64,000 bases of DNA, taken from assembly GCA_037925075.1 (NCBI GenBank), contig JAXSNR010000001.1:214085-278084 (forward strand), written 5' to 3'. The translations under genes were made by a program, and so were the position numbers. This DNA is from Aquificaceae bacterium. Lineage in GTDB: Bacteria > Aquificota > Aquificia > Aquificales > Aquificaceae. Positions within the stretch are counted from its first letter, which is position 1, and every line of letters starts with the position of its first letter. Below the pieces are notes generated by a model that saw only the letters and a program-made list of their open reading frames with translations, had not been told where the DNA came from and did not search any database. This document shows positions 29,058-37,660 of this stretch, in pieces.

Positions 29058-29504
29058 GTGTTTTGGCTACTGCTTTTTTTTGCTTTCTTACATGCATACG
29101 CTCAGGACTGCTCGCTTTTAAAAGTGAGATATCTTGCCCTAAAGGAGGATATGATATACGAAGACCTGATGCGAGAGGCGGAAAGCCTTATAAACAGGGC
29201 TTGTGAAAGGGATGATAAGAAAGCGGGAAGGTCTGCAGACAGCATACTGCAAGCCCTCGAAAACATAAGGTTTCCTGAAAGCTTTGGAAAGGACAAGGTA
29301 GTAGCCAGTAAAAGGCTAAGGAGGTCTTCGCTTCTTCTAAACGAGACGGCAAAGTACGCAAAAAAATATCCTCAAATATACGCTTACCAACTCCTCTTTT
29401 ACCAAGTTGCCCGAGAAAACTACAAGGTGGGAGACTACGAATATGCCCTAAAATACTCTATTGCCTCCTACAACTTAGGAAGGGCTATACTGGAGCTAAG
29501 ATGA
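29058..29504 (+). CDS. Hypothetical exported helical protein
   Basis: GTG start, signal-peptide-like N-terminus, two Cys, TPR-like C-terminal helices; overlaps the trmI start. Confidence 0.55.
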   Translation: MFWLLLFFAFLHAYAQDCSLLKVRYLALKEDMIYEDLMREAESLINRACERDDKKAGRSADSILQALENIRFPESFGKDKVVASKRLRRSSLLLNETAKYAKKYPQIYAYQLLFYQVARENYKVGDYEYALKYSIASYNLGRAILELR

Positions 29505-30241
29505 CCTTTAGGGAAGGTGATTATGTTCTGCTGGTCTGTGAGGAGAAAAGATACCTTAGGACACTCACAAGGAATTTTAGCCTAAGCTACAAGGAAAGGG
29601 TGGTAAAGTTTGAAGATCTTGTTGGCAAAAGCCCCGGGCAGGTGGTTAAAGGGTTTTATGTGCTCACTCCCACCCTTGAGGACATAATCTTGCTTGGCTT
29701 TCAAAGAAAAACTCAGATAGTGTACCCCAAGGACAGCTTTTACATAGCCTTTAAGCTTGGGCTTTCAAAGGATAAAAGGCTTCTTGAGTTTGGTGTGGGA
29801 AGCGGTGCATCCACCGCGGTCTTTTCTCAGCTGGCGGGCGAGGTCTGGGCTTTTGAGGTAAGGGAAGACTTTTACAAGCTTGCAAAGAAAAACTGGGAGA
29901 AGTTTGGGCTATGTGAGAAGGTGAGGCTTGAAAACCTTGACTTTATGCATGCGGAGTTGGAAGAGAATTTCTTTGATGCGGTCTTTGTGGATGTAAAGGA
30001 GCCTACCCTTTACATACAAAAGGTATGGAGGGTCCTAAAGCCCGGTGCAACCTTTGCGACCCTTTTACCCACCACCAATCAGGTAAGTAGTCTTCTGAAG
30101 TCCATGGAGAGCTTGTTCTGCCATACGGAAGTGCTTGAGATACTCCACAGACCCTATAAGTCAAACCCAGAAAGGCTAAGGCCTCAAGACACCATGACCG
30201 CCCACACGGGCTACTTGCTCTTTGCAAGAAAGAGAATATAG
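29501..30241 (+). CDS. trmI: tRNA (adenine-N1)-methyltransferase TrmI
   Basis: TQIVYPKD, EFGVGSG, VFVDVKEP, LRPQDTMTAHTGYL. Confidence 0.9.
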   Translation: MTFREGDYVLLVCEEKRYLRTLTRNFSLSYKERVVKFEDLVGKSPGQVVKGFYVLTPTLEDIILLGFQRKTQIVYPKDSFYIAFKLGLSKDKRLLEFGVGSGASTAVFSQLAGEVWAFEVREDFYKLAKKNWEKFGLCEKVRLENLDFMHAELEENFFDAVFVDVKEPTLYIQKVWRVLKPGATFATLLPTTNQVSSLLKSMESLFCHTEVLEILHRPYKSNPERLRPQDTMTAHTGYLLFARKRI

Positions 30242-30810
30242 CCCCTTATGTCCGCCAGTTCTATACGGCAGTGGTCATAGCCTTCAAGGGGCTCAGCACC
30301 CCTGATTACCATTATGTACCTCTTGGAAAGCCTCTCAAGTAAGGGCAATATCTTCTCCGTCTTTCCAAGGGCCCTACAGACCACAAGGTCAAAGCTCTCT
30401 TGCAGTTTCTGAGCCTCTTTGCAGAAAACCCTGTACTCAAGACCGAGCCTACTTTTGAGATACTCCAAAAAGGAGCATTTCTTTGCCACGGCCTCCACAA
30501 GGGTTAGGCTTATCCTGTCTCCGTAGTATATCTTCAAAGGGACTCCCGGAAAGCCCGCACCACTCCCCACATCACACACGGAAAGACCATCCACCTTTAT
30601 ACCCTTCTCCTCAAGACACAGACTAAGGGTCAGCGAGTCTAGAAAATGCCTCAAGACCACCTGCACATCATCCCTTATGGCGGTAAGGTTGTGCACCTTG
30701 TTCCATCTTTTCAACTCTTCAAGATAAACTGCAAAGCTCTCCAGTTGCCTTTGAGAAAGCTCAAAACCATTTCTGAGAAAAACCTGCCTTATAAGCTCCT
30801 GAGTAGGAAT
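30211..30810 (-). CDS. rsmG: 16S rRNA m7G methyltransferase RsmG (GidB); probable ATT start at 30810, first canonical start TTG 30714
   Basis: WNKVHNLTA, HFLDSL, DVGSGAGFPG, CRALG. The frame stays open 32 codons upstream of TTG 30714, to an ATT lying 6 nt after GGAGGA. Confidence 0.88.
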   Translation of the reverse strand: MPTQELIRQVFLRNGFELSQRQLESFAVYLEELKRWNKVHNLTAIRDDVQVVLRHFLDSLTLSLCLEEKGIKVDGLSVCDVGSGAGFPGVPLKIYYGDRISLTLVEAVAKKCSFLEYLKSRLGLEYRVFCKEAQKLQESFDLVVCRALGKTEKILPLLERLSKRYIMVIRGAEPLEGYDHCRIELADIRGYILFLAKSK

Positions 30811-31376
30811 TTTATGTCCTCCGCCATCTTTGCAGGGTCTTGTTTTGCGGGCGTGTAAAGCAGTTTAATCTTCATGTCGGGTGTAATCAAGTATATGGTT
30901 GCTGTGTGGTCCACAAGGTATCCACCGGCGGACTGCCCTTCCACCCTTTTGTAATAGGCTTTGTACTCCCTTGCGGTTTTTCTTATCTCTTCTTCAGACC
31001 CTATAAGCCCAATAAAGGTAGGGTTAAAGTAGGGAACATAGCCCTTGAGTACCTCTGGCGTGTCCCGTTCGGGGTCTACGCTTATAAAAAGCACCTGAAC
31101 TCTCTTTGCCTCCTCTGGCGTAAGGCTTTTTACCACCTTTGCCATGGTTTCAAGTGCCATGGGGCAAACATCTGGGCAGTGGGTATATCCAAAGAAGAGT
31201 AGCACCACCTTTTTTTGGCTTGCAAAATCGGAAAGTTTTACCCTTTTTCCCTCGTAGTCTGTAAGCTCAAAGTTGTAGGCGGGTTGGTCATACAGATGTC
31301 CGTAAAACTCGTGCTGTCTTTTGCAAGAAACAACAAACAGAAGCAGAAAAACCATAAAAGTTGTTAATTTTCTCAT
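30789..31376 (-). CDS. SCO1/SenC copper chaperone lipoprotein
   Basis: Lipobox-like VVSC, FFGYTHCPDVCP, FISVDPERD, VDHTA. Confidence 0.92.
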   Translation of the reverse strand: MRKLTTFMVFLLLFVVSCKRQHEFYGHLYDQPAYNFELTDYEGKRVKLSDFASQKKVVLLFFGYTHCPDVCPMALETMAKVVKSLTPEEAKRVQVLFISVDPERDTPEVLKGYVPYFNPTFIGLIGSEEEIRKTAREYKAYYKRVEGQSAGGYLVDHTATIYLITPDMKIKLLYTPAKQDPAKMAEDIKFLLRSL

Positions 31377-32686
31377 AATTTAAAATTATAGCACAGGCTT
31401 ACCCTTGTGCCAAGACCTTTTTTGCTTTCTACCTTCATACTCATACCGCTTCTCTGAGCGATAAGTTTAACTATGGAAAGCCCAAGACCCGTGCCTTCCC
31501 TGTCCGTTGCCTCCCTGTAGAAAAGCTCTCCCACCCTTTCTGGATGCTCCATACCAATACCCCTGTCCTCAACAACCACACAACCCTCCCTAAAATAGAG
31601 CATTATCTCCTGACCCTCCTCTGTGTACTTGTATGCGTTTTCTATTAAGTTTCTAAGAGCCATCTTGAAGTACTCCTTATCCACATGTAGCACCACATCT
31701 TCTTCAAGGTACTCTATGATAAATTTTCTGCTTCCTCTGATAAATTCGTACTCCTCCTCAAGCTCAGCAAAAAGTTGGTTTAGGCTCACCTCCTCCACCT
31801 TGAGAGGGACCTGAGATTCAAGCCTCAGGATGGTGGTGAGCTGGGTTATGAGCCTTCCCATCTTCTCAGATTGGAGCTGTATGGTGCGGTACACTTCTTT
31901 TAGCTCCTCCTCTGTGTACTTGCCCCTTTGCAAGAGCTCCGCCTGCCCCTTTATGTAGGTCAAGGGAGTTTTCAAAGCATGGGCAACGTTCCTTATAAAC
32001 TCCCTCTGCCAAAGGATTATACTTTTGAGCCTTTCCACCATGCTGGCATAGGCTTCCTCCAAAAGACCAAACTCATCCTTCCTGCCACTTTTCTTTATCT
32101 CGACCTCCAGCTCCCCCCTTGATAGGCGCCTTGAGACCTCCGTAAGATAGGCCAAGGGCTTTAAGAGTAGATTTATAAAGTAAAAGGCTAAAAGGGAAGC
32201 GGGCAAGGAAATCAAAAGTAGAAGCAGAGCCGTAAATAAGATTATCTGCCTTTCTACCTCTCTTATGCTGTCCAATTTTCCAAGAAGTATAAGGTGGTAA
32301 TCCCCTACCTTTTTTACCATAAAGGCGTAATCCTTACCTATCCCTTTTTTGGACCTTATGATGTCTTGTATATCCTTGGGCTCTACCTTTGGCATTTCAC
32401 CCTCAAGGAAGCTTTCTCTCTTTACCACCCTACCCTTCTCATCCAAAAGAATACTGGCTATCTCCCTTGATACCACATCCTCCGCCAGTAGCTTTGCGTA
32501 ATAGTTGGGGTTTTTGTAGTAGTTTCTGTAAAAATCCAAAAGAGGATTGACCTGGTACTCCATGTAGTGGAGTATGTACTTGTGGAGGGTTGACCTAACA
32601 AGCATCAGGCTAAAAAAGGACAGCAAAGCTACGCTTCCCAAGTAGAGACTGAAAAAAAGTAGTAGAGCCTTAAACCTTACCGACAT
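31373..32686 (-). CDS. HAMP-HisKA sensor histidine kinase (H-box AHALKTP)
   Basis: Two TMs, HAMP, N box NLIENAYKY, G1 EDRGIG, G2 GTGLGL. Confidence 0.9.
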   Translation of the reverse strand: MSVRFKALLLFFSLYLGSVALLSFFSLMLVRSTLHKYILHYMEYQVNPLLDFYRNYYKNPNYYAKLLAEDVVSREIASILLDEKGRVVKRESFLEGEMPKVEPKDIQDIIRSKKGIGKDYAFMVKKVGDYHLILLGKLDSIREVERQIILFTALLLLLISLPASLLAFYFINLLLKPLAYLTEVSRRLSRGELEVEIKKSGRKDEFGLLEEAYASMVERLKSIILWQREFIRNVAHALKTPLTYIKGQAELLQRGKYTEEELKEVYRTIQLQSEKMGRLITQLTTILRLESQVPLKVEEVSLNQLFAELEEEYEFIRGSRKFIIEYLEEDVVLHVDKEYFKMALRNLIENAYKYTEEGQEIMLYFREGCVVVEDRGIGMEHPERVGELFYREATDREGTGLGLSIVKLIAQRSGMSMKVESKKGLGTRVSLCYNFKL

Positions 32687-33350
32687 CCTCTACAGATAGC
32701 ATGTAGCCGTAGCCTCTTACCGTTTTTATAAGCTTGTGTTCTTTGTCTCCCAGCTTGTTTCTTAGGTTTTTTATGTACACATCCACCACGTTTGAAGCTT
32801 CTCCATAAGAGTATCCCCAGACCTTTGAGTATATCTCTTCTCTGCTTACAGCACTGTTTGCCCTTTCTGCCAGAAGCTTTAGGAGTTTAAACTCCCTCTG
32901 TGTAGTAGGTATTTTCTTTCCCCTGTAGTACACTTCAAAGGATTTTAACCTAAGCTCCAGATCATCTATCTTTAAAGTGTCCGGTCCTTCCCTCCTGTAC
33001 CTTCTTAGGACCGCATTTATTCTTGCAAGAAGTTCCCTAAAGGAAAAGGGCTTTGTTATGTAGTCATCCGCTCCCGCGGATAGCCCTTCTACCTTGTCCT
33101 CAATCTGACCTTTTGCGGTAAGCATCAATATGGGGATATCTTTTACCTCCCTTATCTTCTTACACACCTTAATACCATCCATCTTGGGAAGCATAATATC
33201 AAGAAGCACAAGGTCGTAGTCCTCTTCCAGTATGCGATTTACCGCAGAATAACCATCTGTTAGCCAATCCACCTGAAACCCCTCTTGGGTTAATCCATCC
33301 AAGAGCATTCTACCAAGATGCTGGTCATCCTCCACAAGCAAAACCCTCAT
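32670..33350 (-). CDS. OmpR-family response regulator
   Basis: VEDD, LDIMLP, LTAK, GADDYITKPF, winged helix VDVYIKNLR.K...TVRGYGY. Confidence 0.95.
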   Translation of the reverse strand: MRVLLVEDDQHLGRMLLDGLTQEGFQVDWLTDGYSAVNRILEEDYDLVLLDIMLPKMDGIKVCKKIREVKDIPILMLTAKGQIEDKVEGLSAGADDYITKPFSFRELLARINAVLRRYRREGPDTLKIDDLELRLKSFEVYYRGKKIPTTQREFKLLKLLAERANSAVSREEIYSKVWGYSYGEASNVVDVYIKNLRNKLGDKEHKLIKTVRGYGYMLSVEDVGKV

Positions 33351-34750
33351 ACTTCAGGAAGCACCAGATACTCTTCTATTTTAAGGATTTTTAATATATC
33401 CCTGTATGGCTGTAAAGCTATTTCTAACTCCCTTTCCAACTTCTCAGTGCCGAGCACGTTGTAGCTAAGGTCAAGAAGGAACTGAAGAAAGGCAAACACT
33501 CCTTCCTCACCTCTGGGCATCCTTCTGTAAATTATGACTCCTTCCTGATATTTCAAAATGTCTGAAGATGCAAGCTGTGCCAATATTATGTGGTTTAAAT
33601 GTCCCGCATGCTTAAGGAGCATACTATAAATAAGGTTGATTAGAAATTGATGTACCACATCTTTTATGTTTTCCATTGACTGATATAGAACAATGTCTAC
33701 CCATGATATTTTTTCCACTGGCAGGCTTTTGACCAATTTGAAGCCCTCTTTATCCTCCTGCACCATACCAAGAAGCAGTCCCTCCTTGTGTATTATGTAA
33801 GTTTTTGAGCCCTCCGAGTATATGGTTATCATACCCGTCTTCCCCTCCATACCCATACCTATGAGTATCTTCCCCACCTCTAAGAAGGACCCGGGTAATC
33901 CACTCACTACCTTCTCTTCAGAATGCTTCAGCATAAGCAGGTCAATGGCGCTTCCGCCTATTCCTATTACATTTAACAGGGAATTCTTTTTGGGCGTAAG
34001 AAAAAAGTCAAAGACTTCCAGGCTATAGGGATATATTGCGGATAGCTTACCCTTTTTGTAGTACAGTTCAAATTCAAAATCTCCTCCCATTATCTGAATA
34101 ATGCCATTAAACTTACTAAAGTGAAAGCTTTCTAACAAGGTTATAGGGTTCACTCTATCAATTTCAACACCCTTCATAAGGTATTCTACCCTTATCTCTT
34201 CTCTCAGGAGTTCGGGATTATAAAACTGATTTATGTCTAAATAGCCACCAGAAAAGAGAGATTTTAGCTTTCTTATTTCTTCAACAAGACTGTTCTTTGA
34301 GTTAACTAGTATATGATATACGCTTTTACCATCGTAAAAATCCGCTTCTTCAAAAATTTTTGTAGCTTTAACCACTGCCATGGGAGTTATAACCCTTTCC
34401 ATGAGGGATTTCAGTTCACTATGAACTAACTGAAGCTGAAGCACAAGCTCTTCTACCGATACGGGATCCTCGAGCTCAAAGATTTCTTCCCTTTTGCCGT
34501 CTCTAAAGGTGAAAAAGGCTTTTGGACTTTCCATGAGTTCAGAAAGGTGGTAAAGGAGCATAGACCTCTTGTTTTCAGCATTTACCTCATCACTATCACT
34601 GAGTCTAAAACCCTTTATAAGCCCTCTGTCCGTATACAGGGATACTACCTTTACGCCAAGAAATAGGTCAAGGGTACCCTCCCTGTTGAAAAGGCACCCG
34701 TTGAGAAGGTCTACTAAATCCTGCTTTGAGCTTAAGTATCCAGAGATCAT
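33347..34750 (-). CDS. Hypothetical protein with up to three DUF4388/PatA-N-like units
   Basis: Recurring G-x-(I/L)-strand-strand-G pattern: REGTLDLFLG..VSLYTDRGLI, FNGIIQIMG..FELYYKKGKL, KTGMITIYSE..TYIIHKEGLL. Pattern seen by eye only. Confidence 0.5.
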   Translation of the reverse strand: MISGYLSSKQDLVDLLNGCLFNREGTLDLFLGVKVVSLYTDRGLIKGFRLSDSDEVNAENKRSMLLYHLSELMESPKAFFTFRDGKREEIFELEDPVSVEELVLQLQLVHSELKSLMERVITPMAVVKATKIFEEADFYDGKSVYHILVNSKNSLVEEIRKLKSLFSGGYLDINQFYNPELLREEIRVEYLMKGVEIDRVNPITLLESFHFSKFNGIIQIMGGDFEFELYYKKGKLSAIYPYSLEVFDFFLTPKKNSLLNVIGIGGSAIDLLMLKHSEEKVVSGLPGSFLEVGKILIGMGMEGKTGMITIYSEGSKTYIIHKEGLLLGMVQEDKEGFKLVKSLPVEKISWVDIVLYQSMENIKDVVHQFLINLIYSMLLKHAGHLNHIILAQLASSDILKYQEGVIIYRRMPRGEEGVFAFLQFLLDLSYNVLGTEKLERELEIALQPYRDILKILKIEEYLVLPEV

Positions 34751-35319
34751 AGTAGCATCCTTTCCACCCTTGATACAAGATAGTTCTCAAGAACCTTAAA
34801 AGTTTCCAGCACCCCTTCACCTTTTATGGCACTGGCACACACATAAGGGTGGTTTTCAAGGTTTATTACCTTTTCCATCTCCCTGTAATCCATGGCATTG
34901 GGTAGGTCAAGCTTGTTATACTGGAGCACCACGGGAACGCTTGAGGGATCCTTGCCGATGCGAAGCAAGTCCGCTTTCAGAAGGCTGTAGAAGTTTATGT
35001 TTTCATTTAACCTTTCCTCTTGGGAGTCCACAACGAAAATCACTCCATCCACACCCCTCAAAACTGTGAGCCTTATATCCTTGTATATGTCCTGACCGGG
35101 CACCGTGTATAGGGCAAAGGAAAGGGTAAGGTCTCCTACCTTTACCTTTTTTGTGGCAAAGTCAAAGACAAGGGTTTTCTCTTCTTGGGTGTCTATCTTC
35201 ATTATACTGAGACCTTCCATTTCCGCCAGTTTTTCAAGGTTTGTGGTCTTACCAGATTGGGCTATACCATAATAGACTACCTTAAGCCTTATGAGCCTTT
35301 TTTCAAGATCTACCAGCAT
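34747..35319 (-). CDS. mglA: MglA-like small Ras-family GTPase
   Basis: KVVYYGIAQSGKTTNL, KTLVFDF, LYTVPGQ, LRGVDGVIFVVDS, QYNKLDLP, SAIKGEGV. Confidence 0.85.
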   Translation of the reverse strand: MLVDLEKRLIRLKVVYYGIAQSGKTTNLEKLAEMEGLSIMKIDTQEEKTLVFDFATKKVKVGDLTLSFALYTVPGQDIYKDIRLTVLRGVDGVIFVVDSQEERLNENINFYSLLKADLLRIGKDPSSVPVVLQYNKLDLPNAMDYREMEKVINLENHPYVCASAIKGEGVLETFKVLENYLVSRVERMLL

Positions 35320-36442
35320 TTAAGTCCCTCCTAAGCCTTATTTCTCCCCACCTTACGCACTCTATGCACAAGGGCCTGTAGATATTATAAGCTTTTCCGC
35401 AGAAACATACAAAGGGCTTAAGAGATTCTCCCACCGCTAACATACAGTACCTATCTTGCTCCCTGTGGGACTGGGAGCTGTAAAGAAGGGCTCTAAAGGT
35501 AGTTGTTAGCCTTTCTTCCAAGCTCTTTGCCTTACTTAGCAGGTTGAGGCGAAGGTATACCATACAAAGAAGGTTGGGGTCTATGGACCCTGATTTTGCT
35601 TCTATGACATCAAGCAGTTTTGTAAGCCCCTTTTCATCTTCAAGTAGGTTCCAAAGCACTTCTTCCTGGTATCCCAAGGAAATAGCCTTTTCCCAAACTT
35701 TTTTGGCATCTTTTAACTTGTCTTGAGAAAGAAGGTGCTTTATGTAAGCCGAGTAAACAAAGGGTGATGGGTTTAGGTCAAAGGCTTTTTCTATAAGATC
35801 TTCTTCCCCCTTCTTGAGATAGACCATAGCCATGATCTCTGCCTTAATGCTTTTCTGCTTTTCCTTTTCCCATTTCTCGCATATCTGTATCACCCTTTCT
35901 TGATACTCCAAAGCTTTTTCCCAGTCCTCTAAGAGGGCATAAGCATCCCTCAATCCTTTGATGGCTTTGAGGTTTTCTCCATCTTGTAATAGTGCCTGAT
36001 CGAACTTCTCCTTGGCTTCTTGCACCCTTTTCTCCCTCAGAAGGATTTCGCCTACGGTGGCTGAGGCTACGCCGTTAAAGTTCTTGAATTCCTCAAGCCT
36101 TCCCTGTGTGTAGATTAGCTCCGCCAGAAGGGACCTAACTGGCTCAAAAAATTTTCCCGCGGAGAGAAGTAGCCTTTCCGCTCTGTTAGGATAACCTCTT
36201 GAAAGCTCTCTTAGCCCCTCCTTTAGTGCACTAATTCGCCTCTTTAGTATGGCTTCTTTAAAGAGAAGGTATAAAGAGGGAAACAAAAAGCCAAGAGCAA
36301 AGCTAAAAAGTAGAAGCACAAACAGGGGTATGTTGTAGATTACGTGGAAAAATCGGACTTCCACATATGCAGCGTTCTGGGCTATAAAGAGAAGAAAGGC
36401 AGTGAGAAGAACTATAAAAATAAGGAGCTTTATTAAACTCAT
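35303..36442 (-). CDS. LapA-LapB-like fusion (LapA TM domain, TPRs, rubredoxin-like tail)
   Basis: FIAQN..V.VRFF...IPLFVLLLFSFALG, TPR helices, C-terminal CFC...CIECVRWGEI. Confidence 0.7.
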   Translation of the reverse strand: MSLIKLLIFIVLLTAFLLFIAQNAAYVEVRFFHVIYNIPLFVLLLFSFALGFLFPSLYLLFKEAILKRRISALKEGLRELSRGYPNRAERLLLSAGKFFEPVRSLLAELIYTQGRLEEFKNFNGVASATVGEILLREKRVQEAKEKFDQALLQDGENLKAIKGLRDAYALLEDWEKALEYQERVIQICEKWEKEKQKSIKAEIMAMVYLKKGEEDLIEKAFDLNPSPFVYSAYIKHLLSQDKLKDAKKVWEKAISLGYQEEVLWNLLEDEKGLTKLLDVIEAKSGSIDPNLLCMVYLRLNLLSKAKSLEERLTTTFRALLYSSQSHREQDRYCMLAVGESLKPFVCFCGKAYNIYRPLCIECVRWGEIRLRRDLNAGRS

Positions 36443-36780
36443 AAACTTACCCTCCCCGCATTAGAGTAGAGCCACTCAAGGTCATAGTACTCTCTCCATT
36501 CTTTCAAGAATATATGAACTATTATATCAATGAGGTCAATGAGTATCCAGTTTGCCTCTTCCGCCCCTTCCACATGGTCTGGTTTTAAACCCATTTTTTC
36601 CAGCTCTTCGGTAAGGTGTTTTAGAAGAGCCCTTGCATGCACCACAGAGTTGGCGGTGGCTATCACAAAATAGTCCGCTATGTTTGTTTGTTTTGAAACA
36701 TCCAAAACCACCACATCCTCCGCCTTTTTGTCCTCCAATAGATTCTTCAGCGTCCTCAAAAGCTCCCTATTGTCCCGCAT
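36439..36780 (-). CDS. rsfS: Ribosome silencing factor
   Basis: DKKAEDVVVLDV, DYFVIAT, WILID..DIIVHIF...REYYDLEWLY. Confidence 0.95.
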   Translation of the reverse strand: MRDNRELLRTLKNLLEDKKAEDVVVLDVSKQTNIADYFVIATANSVVHARALLKHLTEELEKMGLKPDHVEGAEEANWILIDLIDIIVHIFLKEWREYYDLEWLYSNAGRVSL

Positions 36781-37660
36781 ACCTTTTGAGTTCTTTATAA
36801 TAAGGGTTCTCTCCGTATACCTGTCTGTATGTTTCCATCTGCCTTAGCCCTTCCTGTCTGCTAACCTCCGCAAGGTTTTTCCACCTTTCTATCTCTCTGC
36901 TTAGGAATTCAATTCTGTTCTGGATGGTCCTTCTATCTTCTTCGGACCTGACAGACTTGAGCTCTTTTTCTGCAGATTCTATCCATCTTTTGTACTTGGA
37001 CTCTTGCCTTTTTGCCTGCTCTTTCACAAGAAGAAGAGATTTTATGTATCTGTATAAGACCTCCGCCTCTGAGACCTGCTCAGGGAAATTTATAAGAAGA
37101 TTTCTGTATCTGAGTGAGGCGGAGTAGTAGTACCCAAAGTCCTCATAGAACCTGCCTATTAGGTATTCGTGCTGTGCAATCTTTGACTGAGCGTTGTTTA
37201 TAAGCTCCATAACCCTATCACCATATGGACTGTTTGGATACCTGCTGAGGAATTCCTTTGCCTTGTCTATAGCCTTTAGGGTGTAGCTTTGGTCTCTGTA
37301 AGAGTCTGGTGCCACTCTCATATAACTGTCCACCACCATAAAGTAAACCTTCTCAGCTTCTGGGCTTTCTGGATAATAAAAAAGATAGTCCTCAAAGTAA
37401 ACTATGGCGTTTATATAATCCTTTCTCAGATAGTAGCTTTCACCAATGGTGTACTTAGCAGACTTTATCTGCTCCGGCGTGAGGTTTTCCAAGTACTTTA
37501 GAGCCTCCGAAAGCTTGCTTATGGCTTCCTTGTAGTCTTTTCTTGCATAGGCGGACATGCCTTGAGAGTAGCTTTCTGTAGCCAGCCTTGCCCTCTTTTC
37601 TTCTGTCATCTTGGCACAGCTCACTAAAAGTATGAGTAAAAGCGCTAAGAGTCTACGCAT
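36767..37660 (-). CDS. bamD: Outer membrane protein assembly factor BamD
   Basis: Lipobox LVSC, TPRs, RDQSYT.KA, IAQHEYLIGRFY. Confidence 0.88.
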   Translation of the reverse strand: MRRLLALLLILLVSCAKMTEEKRARLATESYSQGMSAYARKDYKEAISKLSEALKYLENLTPEQIKSAKYTIGESYYLRKDYINAIVYFEDYLFYYPESPEAEKVYFMVVDSYMRVAPDSYRDQSYTLKAIDKAKEFLSRYPNSPYGDRVMELINNAQSKIAQHEYLIGRFYEDFGYYYSASLRYRNLLINFPEQVSEAEVLYRYIKSLLLVKEQAKRQESKYKRWIESAEKELKSVRSEEDRRTIQNRIEFLSREIERWKNLAEVSRQEGLRQMETYRQVYGENPYYKELKRYAGQ

